A stretch of 32,000 bases of DNA from assembly GCA_026387835.1 (NCBI GenBank), contig JAPLKZ010000006.1:29104-61103 (forward strand), written 5' to 3'. The notes beneath the pieces were generated by a model. The model did not search any database, was not told where the DNA came from, and saw only the letters and a list, made by a program, of their open reading frames with translations. The stretch's first letter is position 1; each line of letters opens with the position of its first letter. A program made the translations under genes and the position numbers. The DNA comes from Candidatus Saganbacteria bacterium. Its GTDB lineage: Bacteria; Margulisbacteria; WOR-1; JAKLHX01. Of this stretch, positions 25,223 to 31,840 are shown in pieces.

Positions 25223-25986
25223 TTTTTTGCCGTCGAATTCATTATCGTATGCGCGAGACATCCTGCTCCGAAACCGTTATCAATGTTTACTACGGCAACA
25301 CCAGGAGCGCAGCTGTTGAGCATCGCGAGGAGTGCGGCAAGGCCTTTAAAACTCGCGCCGTAGCCTACACTTGTCGGCACCGCGATGACCGGCGCTTCGA
25401 CAAGTCCCGCCACGACACTTGCAAGCGCGCCTTCCATCCCGGCCGCGACTATCACGACACGGGCTTTTAATATATCTTTCATATTAGATACCAGCCTGTG
25501 GATACCGGCAACGCCGACATCATAGGTCCTCTTAACATTACTGCCGAGGAACTCTGCGGTCACGCATGCTTCCTCCGCCACAGGCATATCCGCTGTCCCC
25601 GCGGTGATAACGGCAATATATCCTTTTCCCTTTTTGTTCTTTGCTTCTTTTGTTTTTGTGATCGTTATTATTCTTGCCATCTCATGATACTTTGCCGCCG
25701 GTATTTCTCTTTTTACATGATCAAATACGGCCTTGTCCGCCCTTGTGGCGAGGATGGCTTTATTTTTTGCAAGGAGCTTTTTTAGTATCGCGGATATCTG
25801 CTGCCTCGTCTTTCCCTGGCAGAAAACGACCTCTGGAAAACCTTTCCTTATTGACCTGTGGTGGTCGATCTTGGCAAAACCTATGTCTTCGTAAGGGAGA
25901 GATTTTAATTGCGAGAATGCCTCATTGACCTGAATCTTTCCGGACCTGACGCCCCTTAAAATATTTTCTATCCTGTTTTTATCCAT
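25219..25986 (-). CDS. larB: Nickel-pincer cofactor biosynthesis protein LarB (AIR-carboxylase-like)
   Basis: 255 aa with DHHR..R.GFPEV.F..GK and a PurE-like core (VITAGTADMPVAEEA, VIVAAGMEGALASVVAGL, VIAVPTSVGYG). Confidence 0.85.
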   Translation of the reverse strand: MDKNRIENILRGVRSGKIQVNEAFSQLKSLPYEDIGFAKIDHHRSIRKGFPEVVFCQGKTRQQISAILKKLLAKNKAILATRADKAVFDHVKREIPAAKYHEMARIITITKTKEAKNKKGKGYIAVITAGTADMPVAEEACVTAEFLGSNVKRTYDVGVAGIHRLVSNMKDILKARVVIVAAGMEGALASVVAGLVEAPVIAVPTSVGYGASFKGLAALLAMLNSCAPGVAVVNIDNGFGAGCLAHTIMNSTAKK

Positions 25987-25994
25987 TTTCCGCT

Positions 25995-27296
25995 TTACTC
26001 TTTAGTCTTGCTTTCATTCTCATCCAATCTTTGTTTTATTTTTTTCTCAAAACCTCTATCCGTTGGGGTGTAATACTTCCCCCGGTGCGGCATGTATTCC
26101 TGCTCTACTACGGCGCCGTCATAGGAATGAGCGTATTTATATCCTTTGCCTTTGCCCATCTTTTTTTCGCCTTCATAGACGGCGTTCCTGAGATGAAGGG
26201 GGACTTCCGTGCTTTTTCCGCTTTTGATATCGGACAGCGCGCTTTCTATCCCCATGTAAGACGCGTTGCTTTTCGGCGCGGAGGCAACATACACCGCAGC
26301 CTGGGACAGGATTATCCTTCCTTCGGGCATGCCTATAAGCTCTACCGCCTGCATCGCGGAGTTCGCTATCACAAGCGCGAGAGGGTCGGCATTGCCCACG
26401 TCCTCGCTCGCGCAGATCACTATCCGCCTCGCGATGAACCTCGGGTCTTCCCCGCTGTAGATCATCTTCGCGAGCCAGAAGAGCGCGGCGTCGGGATTCG
26501 ATCCGCGCATGCTTTTTATAAAAGCGGAAATAGTATCGTAATGGCCGTCCTCGTCCTTGTCATATACCAGTGTTCTTTTTTGTATCGATTCTTTCGCGGT
26601 ATCAAGCGTGAAGGCGATGTTACCGGTCTTGTCAGGATCGGTGGTCAGGGCCCCGACCTCGAGAGCGTTCAAAAGCCGTCTCGCGTCACCGTTGGATATT
26701 TTTAAAAGATAATCCTCGGCATCCTTATCGATCCTGACCTTGAAACGTCCGAGGCCTTTCACTTTATCTTTAAGCGCGCGGTCAAGAAGTGTTTTAAGGT
26801 CTTTTTCGGACAGGTCTTTCAGTTCAAATATCTGCGATCTCGAGACAAGGGCCGGTATCACGGAAAAGAACGGGTTGTGCGTCGTGGCTCCGATAAGGAT
26901 TATTGTGCCGTCTTCCACGTCGGAAAGGAGAGCGTCCTGCTGGATCTTGTTGAACCTGTGGATCTCGTCGATGAAAGCTATGGTCCTTTTGCCGGAAAGG
27001 TCCCATCTTTCTTTTGCCTCGGCGATAAGTTTGCGTATCTCCGGAACGCCTGCCGTCACGGCGTTCATCTTCTCAAAATGGGAATTCGTCTGGCAGGCGA
27101 CTATATGGGCGAGAGCGGTTTTTCCGCATCCGGGAGGGCCGAAAAGTATCAGCGAAAATATCTTGTCGGCTTTTATGGCCCTTGTGAGAAGAGAGTCTTT
27201 GCCGGTGAGGTGCTGCTGGCCGACAAATTCGTCAAGCGAAACAGGCCTCATCCTGGCGGCGAGAGGAAGTTCTTTTTCCCTTTCAAATAGGTTCAC
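25995..27296 (-). CDS. rarA: Replication-associated recombination protein A (AAA+ ATPase)
   Basis: 433 aa with PLAARMRP.SLDEFVGQ.HL, Walker A GPPGCGKTALA, Walker B FIDEIHRFNK, and the MgsA C-terminal domain (YDKDEDGHYD.ISAFIKS.RGS.PDAAL.WLA.M...GEDP). Confidence 0.92.
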   Translation of the reverse strand: MNLFEREKELPLAARMRPVSLDEFVGQQHLTGKDSLLTRAIKADKIFSLILFGPPGCGKTALAHIVACQTNSHFEKMNAVTAGVPEIRKLIAEAKERWDLSGKRTIAFIDEIHRFNKIQQDALLSDVEDGTIILIGATTHNPFFSVIPALVSRSQIFELKDLSEKDLKTLLDRALKDKVKGLGRFKVRIDKDAEDYLLKISNGDARRLLNALEVGALTTDPDKTGNIAFTLDTAKESIQKRTLVYDKDEDGHYDTISAFIKSMRGSNPDAALFWLAKMIYSGEDPRFIARRIVICASEDVGNADPLALVIANSAMQAVELIGMPEGRIILSQAAVYVASAPKSNASYMGIESALSDIKSGKSTEVPLHLRNAVYEGEKKMGKGKGYKYAHSYDGAVVEQEYMPHRGKYYTPTDRGFEKKIKQRLDENESKTKE

Positions 27297-28093
27297 TTGG
27301 TTTTTACCAGAAGTTTTTCTTCGGCCACTTTGATATGGTAAGGAGCGCTTTCACCGATATTTTCGCCGTCATACACGGCTTTTAACGGATCGGGAGAATC
27401 GATGATAAAATGCGATCCCCTGTATATCTTGTAATGCCGCGAACCGGGAAGATTTCCAAAGGCGATCCTCGGCAGATTTAGAAGCATTCCCAGCTTCCCT
27501 ATATCGTTCAATACGCACAGGTCGAACATTCCGTTGGCGACTTTCAAAACGGCCATCTTTGAGCTTAAATTGAGGTCGCCGATCTTGATATTAAGTTTCG
27601 CTGGCCTGAGATCCTTCAAAGCGGACAGGAGCCTTGCTGCAATACCGCCTCTCTGTTTTTTCTCCGACATGTCGGCGTTCAGCCCGACGCCGATCCCGTT
27701 CAGGAAATACCTTCCGTTGATCTTTCCGAGATCTATCTTTTTTGAATTGCTGCCGACGGCGATCTCGCAGCATTCCCCGATATCAAGCGGGTTCAGCCCG
27801 AGCATCCTCGAGAAATTATTCTTTTTTCCCGCAGGTATGACGGCCAGGCTTGACGCGGATCCCGCCATGCCGTTGACAACTTCGTTGACAGTCCCGTCCC
27901 CGCCGACGGCGATGATAAGGTTAAAACCTTCGCGGGCCGCTTTTTTGGCAAGTGAAACGGCTCCAAGGGGCCTGTAAGTGGAGTCGAGGCTGTATTCCAT
28001 GCCGTTATCGCAGAAATATTTCTCGACCTCGAAACCCGTCTCGCGCGCTTTTCCGTCTCCCGCACGGGGATTGACGATGATCTTGATGTTCAT
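27293..28093 (-). CDS. Diacylglycerol-kinase-catalytic-domain lipid kinase (YegS/BmrU-like)
   Basis: 266 aa with IIVNPRAGDGKA and the signature AVGGDGTVNEVVNG. 4-nt overlap with rarA. Confidence 0.8.
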   Translation of the reverse strand: MNIKIIVNPRAGDGKARETGFEVEKYFCDNGMEYSLDSTYRPLGAVSLAKKAAREGFNLIIAVGGDGTVNEVVNGMAGSASSLAVIPAGKKNNFSRMLGLNPLDIGECCEIAVGSNSKKIDLGKINGRYFLNGIGVGLNADMSEKKQRGGIAARLLSALKDLRPAKLNIKIGDLNLSSKMAVLKVANGMFDLCVLNDIGKLGMLLNLPRIAFGNLPGSRHYKIYRGSHFIIDSPDPLKAVYDGENIGESAPYHIKVAEEKLLVKTK

Positions 28094-28104
28094 GGCGTAA
28101 AAAA

Positions 28105-28113
28105 ATTATATCA
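28105..28113 (-). promoter_or_regulatory. Candidate extended -10 promoter (TGaTATAAT) 11 nt upstream of the lipid-kinase ATG
   Basis: The minus strand reads TGTGATATAATTTTTTTACGCC-ATG. There is no SD, and an intrinsic terminator lies immediately upstream. Confidence 0.4.
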
Positions 28114-28114
28114 C

Positions 28115-28145
28115 AAAAAAACTCCCGGTAAGCTTGACCGGGAGT
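28115..28145 (-). terminator. Rho-independent terminator of the small-peptide transcript
   Basis: The minus strand reads ACTCCCGGT-CAAGCTT-ACCGGGAGT (9-bp stem) followed by TTTTTT, 43 nt after the peptide stop. Confidence 0.65.
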
Positions 28146-28188
28146 CTGTTCATTCAAAAAATTGTACAATTTGTCGTATATAAATGTC

Positions 28189-28269
28189 CTAAGACTTAGA
28201 AGACGCCGCCCACCACCAAATGAGAGCGATAATGACTATGGCGATCACTACCCACCAAATCCAGTTCAT
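28189..28269 (-). CDS. 26-aa Trp-rich hydrophobic peptide (single TM helix)
   Basis: Translates MNWIWWVVIAIVIIALIWWWAASSKS. A GGGAGGTGA SD lies 5-6 nt upstream of the ATG. The gene has its own promoter and terminator. Confidence 0.5.
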   Translation of the reverse strand: MNWIWWVVIAIVIIALIWWWAASSKS

Positions 28270-28302
28270 GCTTCTCACCTCCCTTGCAGCTTTCTGTCCG
28301 AA

Positions 28303-28330
28303 TTCTATCAGATGGCCGTCGTTTGTCAAC
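28303..28330 (-). promoter_or_regulatory. Candidate promoter of the small-peptide gene (TTGACA-16-TGaTAGAAT)
   Basis: On the minus strand the -35 TTGACA is at 28325-28330 and the -10 TAGAAT at 28303-28308, with an upstream TG. About 34 nt upstream of the ATG. Confidence 0.45.
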
Positions 28331-28346
28331 GGTTTTTTAACGCATG

Positions 28347-28355
28347 GTATAATAA
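28347..28355 (+). promoter_or_regulatory. Candidate extended -10 promoter (TGgTATAAT) for the 204-aa ORF, back-to-back with the peptide promoter
   Basis: TGGTATAAT lies 19 nt upstream of the ATG at 28375. No SD. Confidence 0.35.
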
Positions 28356-28374
28356 AAACGAAAGCACAAAAACA

Positions 28375-28989
28375 ATGATAATGTATAACCTCGGGCCGTC
28401 GATCCCTAAGAAGGGAAAAAAGAAAAGCGGCGGTTTTATCCCCGATGAGTGGAGGGAGACATACGGCCGGCCGAAAGGGATGGACCTCAAGAACGGGATC
28501 TATTTTGTAAATGACGCGACTCCGGCAAAGAACGCGATCCTGGTATTTTCGGAAGATGTGATCCATTTGAAAGAGCTGAGCTTTTTTCTCATCTGGCGCT
28601 ACACAAAGACATATACCAGGGAATATTTCGAGCAGCTCAACGGCAAGATGTTCGCCGCGTTCCAGGACCTGCTGGACATGAAAAGGACATCTCTTGACAA
28701 TGTCCCCGGCCTTTTTCAGGGGATAGTTTTCGGGGACAAGCAGTACAAGTTCAAGCAGACGTTCTATACCGAGCATAACATGCCGCCTCAGTTCAGGGGA
28801 GCAAAACTGGCGATAGGCCTGACTGTGGACAGGGTGCAGGGCCCGTCAGGAAATGTCCTGAGAAATCCGCAGGACCTTGCCAACGCGTATAAAGAACTGA
28901 AGACGATATTTTCACAGGAACTGGATTACATGGCGCAGAACCCGGCTTTCAACAAGACGGAAGAACAACCGAAACAAGATGTTAAATAA
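28375..28989 (+). CDS. Hypothetical protein, 204 aa (start chosen at MIMYNL)
   Basis: The track ORF opens at 28162, but that part is antisense to the peptide gene and precedes the promoter. Lys-rich N-terminus (PKKGKKKSGG), no family recognised. 11-nt overlap with the next gene. Confidence 0.55.
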   Translation: MIMYNLGPSIPKKGKKKSGGFIPDEWRETYGRPKGMDLKNGIYFVNDATPAKNAILVFSEDVIHLKELSFFLIWRYTKTYTREYFEQLNGKMFAAFQDLLDMKRTSLDNVPGLFQGIVFGDKQYKFKQTFYTEHNMPPQFRGAKLAIGLTVDRVQGPSGNVLRNPQDLANAYKELKTIFSQELDYMAQNPAFNKTEEQPKQDVK

Positions 28990-29494
28990 AAAAGAGATAG
29001 AAGAACTGATAAAAGAAAAAAAACTGGTCTCGAACTATATAGACCTTGAGAAACAGCTGACACCCAACGGGTTTGATATGACAGTGGCACAGGTTTTTGA
29101 ATATGACGGCAGCGGCCGCCTTGACTTTTCAAATAACGAAAGAGTGATCCCCAAGACTAAGGAGTTATTTCCCGTAAAGAGAAAGCCGGATGATAAATAC
29201 GGCTGGTGGCATCTTAAGAAAGGTTCGTACAAGGTTGTGACGAACGAGACTGTTTGCATACCGAATGACATTATTTCAATCGCTTTCACAAGAAGTTCGC
29301 TCTTGCGGATGGGCGCTTTTACGCAGAACGGAGTCTGGGACGCGGGATTCATCGGCAAGAGCGAATTCATTCTTATTGTTGAAAATCCGCATGGCATGGA
29401 AATGAAGCAGAATGCGAGGATCATCCAGTTATTATTTGAGAGGATAAACGAGGTCGAGGAAGGATATAAGGGGATATTCCAGGAAATAATATAA
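28979..29494 (+). CDS. dCTP deaminase/dUTPase-superfamily protein (Dcd or archaeal-type Dut-like)
   Basis: 171 aa. LTPNGFDMTV resembles l.PasiDL.l. FTRSSLLRMG...GVWDAGFIGKSEF.L.V.N resembles GRSS.aRlG....g.iDpGf.G...lEl.N. Confidence 0.65.
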   Translation: MLNKKEIEELIKEKKLVSNYIDLEKQLTPNGFDMTVAQVFEYDGSGRLDFSNNERVIPKTKELFPVKRKPDDKYGWWHLKKGSYKVVTNETVCIPNDIISIAFTRSSLLRMGAFTQNGVWDAGFIGKSEFILIVENPHGMEMKQNARIIQLLFERINEVEEGYKGIFQEII

Positions 29495-29514
29495 ATTCGA
29501 ATTTAAGAAAAATT

Positions 29515-30078
29515 ATGGAAACAAAACCCGTACTGAACACTATCCTTCTCCATGTCTGCTGCGGCGTGTGCGCCGGCTGGCCCGTGCAGAAGCTAAGAGA
29601 GGACGGCCATGTTCCCGTCGGATATTTTTATAATCCTAATATCCATCCAGAGGACGAATATTTAAAAAGACTTGCCGCGGCAAGAGAGATCTCGAAAGCG
29701 CTCGAGTTCGAACTGATAGAGGGATATTACGATCCCGCGAGATGGCTTGAGGCGGTAAAAGGCCTGGAGGATGAAAAAGAAGGCGGAAAGAGATGCGAAG
29801 TCTGCTTCCGGATGCGGCTTGAAGAGACCGGCAGAAAAGCAAAGGAACTCGGGATCTCGAATTTTACGACAACGCTTTCGGTCAGCCCGCAAAAAAGTTC
29901 AAAAAAAATAAACGATGCGGGAAAAAGCGTCCATCCCAAAGCGTTTACAGAATGCGATTTTAAAAAGGATGACGGCAACAAGAAGACACGCAACCTTGCT
30001 AAACGGTTCCAACTGTACTGCCAGGACTACTGCGGTTGCAGGTTCAGCAAATCACGCGCCTGTAGCTCAATTGGATAG
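29515..30078 (+). CDS. queH: Epoxyqueuosine reductase QueH (DUF208)
   Basis: 187 aa with LLHVCCGVCA, YFYNPNIHP..EY..R, CEVCF.MRLE and YCQDYCGCRFS. Confidence 0.82.
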   Translation: METKPVLNTILLHVCCGVCAGWPVQKLREDGHVPVGYFYNPNIHPEDEYLKRLAAAREISKALEFELIEGYYDPARWLEAVKGLEDEKEGGKRCEVCFRMRLEETGRKAKELGISNFTTTLSVSPQKSSKKINDAGKSVHPKAFTECDFKKDDGNKKTRNLAKRFQLYCQDYCGCRFSKSRACSSIG

Positions 30079-30129
30079 AGCGACAGCCTCCGGAGCTGGT
30101 TGTTGCAGGTTCAATCCCTGTCAGGCGCA
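30056..30129 (+). tRNA. tRNA-Arg (anticodon CCG)
   Basis: Manual fold, 74 nt: acceptor GCGCCTG/CAGGCGC, D arm GCTC-AATTGGATA-GAGC, anticodon loop CTCCGGA, T arm GCAGG-TTCAATC-CCTGT. Confidence 0.85.
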
Positions 30130-30173
30130 AAAAACCGCGTCTTTTTATGCTATGCTGAGAGTGGAGATATACT

Positions 30174-31397
30174 ATGACAAACGAAACATTTCACGGGCTC
30201 GGGATAGCACCCGGGATACTTGAGGTGCTGAACAGGCTCAAGTTTACAAAACCTACGCCGATACAACAGAAGGCCATACCTATTGCCACATCCGGCAAAG
30301 ACATAATCGGCATCGCGCAGACCGGAACAGGCAAGACCCTGGCTTTCGGTATCCCGCTGATCCAGCGTCTCGCTCAGCAGAGCGGCAAGGGGCTGATACT
30401 TGTTCCGACAAGAGAGCTGGCGGGGCAGGTGTATGAAGCGCTTATAAAACTGACCCAAGTTTTCAGGATACGCGCGGCCGTCCTGGTGGGCGGTGAGAAC
30501 ATGGGAAAGCAGCTTTATGCTATCAGGTCAGGAGCGAGAATAATAATAGCGACCCCGGGAAGGCTGAACGACCACATAGCGCGCAGAAATATAAGGATGG
30601 ACGATGTGAACGTCCTCGTGCTTGACGAGGCCGACCGCATGCTCGATATGGGTTTTGCGCCGCAGATAGACAAGATAATTAAATATATCCCCAAACAAAG
30701 GCAGACAATGCTTTTCTCCGCGACGATGCCATCAACTATTGTAGCCATGGTATCGAGATATATGCAGCTGCCGGTCAGGACCGAAATAGCTCCCGAAGGC
30801 ACGGCAGCTGAAAATGTGTCGCAGGAGATGTTCATCGTAAGAAGAGAGCTCAAATCAAAACTCCTCGAAGAGCTTCTTCTGCAGTATAAGGGCTCGGTCC
30901 TTCTTTTTATCCGTACAAAGATGGGCGCCAAAAAGATAGCCCGTTTTCTTAAGGATATCGGACACAACGCGGCAGAAATACATTCTGACAAGACCCTTGC
31001 CCAGAGAAGAGAAGCGTTAAGCGGTTTTAAGTCCGGCAGGTTCAGGATACTTGTTGCCACGGATATCGCGGCCAGGGGCATAGATGTCCAAAATATAGAA
31101 GTGGTCATCAATTACGACCTGCCTGATGATCCCGAAAATTATGTCCACAGGATAGGCAGGACCGGAAGAGCCGGGGCGGAAGGACATGCGATAACTTTTG
31201 CTACTCCCGACCAGTCAAAAGACATCAAAAATATCGAAAGGCTGATAAGGGCGGTTATCCCTTTATCGCAACACCCTGTCATCCCCGGTGAAAAATTCAG
31301 CACGGTGACAATGTCTTTTGCTCCCAGGGGGAGACGTCCTCAGGGGAGTTTCAGAAGAAGATCTACGGCAGCTCCGAGGAGACCGTCCCGCTGGTAG
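30174..31397 (+). CDS. DEAD-box ATP-dependent RNA helicase (RhlE/CshA-like)
   Basis: 407 aa with a Q motif (F..LGI....L......PTPIQ), AQTGTGKT, PTRELA, DEAD, SAT, HRIGRTGRAG and an Arg-rich tail. Confidence 0.92.
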   Translation: MTNETFHGLGIAPGILEVLNRLKFTKPTPIQQKAIPIATSGKDIIGIAQTGTGKTLAFGIPLIQRLAQQSGKGLILVPTRELAGQVYEALIKLTQVFRIRAAVLVGGENMGKQLYAIRSGARIIIATPGRLNDHIARRNIRMDDVNVLVLDEADRMLDMGFAPQIDKIIKYIPKQRQTMLFSATMPSTIVAMVSRYMQLPVRTEIAPEGTAAENVSQEMFIVRRELKSKLLEELLLQYKGSVLLFIRTKMGAKKIARFLKDIGHNAAEIHSDKTLAQRREALSGFKSGRFRILVATDIAARGIDVQNIEVVINYDLPDDPENYVHRIGRTGRAGAEGHAITFATPDQSKDIKNIERLIRAVIPLSQHPVIPGEKFSTVTMSFAPRGRRPQGSFRRRSTAAPRRPSRW

Positions 31398-31418
31398 AAA
31401 AATGCGGCTGCGGTGTTT

Positions 31419-31492
31419 GCGCCTGTAGCTCATTTGGATAGAGCATTTGCCTTCGAAGCAAAGGGTAGCAGGTTCGAATCCTGTCAGGCGCA
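31419..31492 (+). tRNA. tRNA-Arg (anticodon UCG)
   Basis: Manual fold, 74 nt: acceptor GCGCCTG/CAGGCGC, anticodon stem TTTGC/GCAAA with loop CTTCGAA, T arm GCAGG-TTCGAAT-CCTGT. Confidence 0.85.
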
Positions 31493-31557
31493 AACTTCGA
31501 CTCACTCACTTTGTTCGTTCGCTCAGGGCAGGCGGGGGAATTGCTATAGAAATGGGA

Positions 31558-31645
31558 AGAAGGCGAGTAAAGGCCCGGGAGGGCCCAAGAAGTGAAGGAG
31601 GGCATAAGAGCAAAGAGGGATAGGGAAGGCTTAAGACAAAGAAGG
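31558..31645 (+). repeat. GA-rich 88-bp repeat, copy A (direct)
   Basis: AGAAGGCGAGTAAAGGCCCGGGAGGGCCCAAGAAGTGAAGGAGGGCATAAGAGC...CTTAAGACAAAGAAGG. 82/88 identical to copy C by manual alignment. Contains a GGCCC-GGGA-GGGCC hairpin. Confidence 0.8.
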
Positions 31646-31660
31646 CCCCAATACAAATTG

Positions 31661-31748
31661 CCTTTGATAGCCTTAAGCCTTCAAAGCCTCTTATAGCCGT
31701 ATGCCCTCGTAGCCTTCACGGGCCGTCAATGCCTTTAATCGCCCTCTC
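31661..31748 (-). repeat. Degenerate inverted copy (B) of the 88-bp repeat
   Basis: Blocks CTTAAGCCTTC, CTCTTAT, GCCCTC, CCTTCAC, GGGCC and GCCTTTAATCGCC are colinear with the reverse complement of copies A and C. Confidence 0.55.
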
Positions 31749-31752
31749 AGGC

Positions 31753-31840
31753 AGAAGGCGAGTAAAGGCCCGGGAGGGCCCAAGAAGTGAAAGAGGGCAT
31801 AAGGGCAAAGAGGGCGGGGTAAGGCTTAAGACAAAGAAGG
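31753..31840 (+). repeat. GA-rich 88-bp repeat, copy C (direct)
   Basis: Same unit as copy A at a 195-bp offset, with 6 mismatches. Confidence 0.8.

Noticed and set aside
28162-28374. N-terminal 71 codons of the 275-aa ORF, and the 195-aa minus-strand ORF at 28189-28776
   Set aside because: The plus-strand extension precedes the TGgTATAAT promoter and is antisense to the small-peptide unit. Only the last 27 codons (26 aa plus stop) of the 195-aa minus ORF, those following the strong SD, look real. The rest is antisense to the 204-aa gene.
31558-31840. CRISPR array
   Set aside because: There are only two direct copies. The units are 88 bp, far longer than CRISPR repeats, and the 'spacer' is itself an inverted copy of the repeat. 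No cas genes are in the window.
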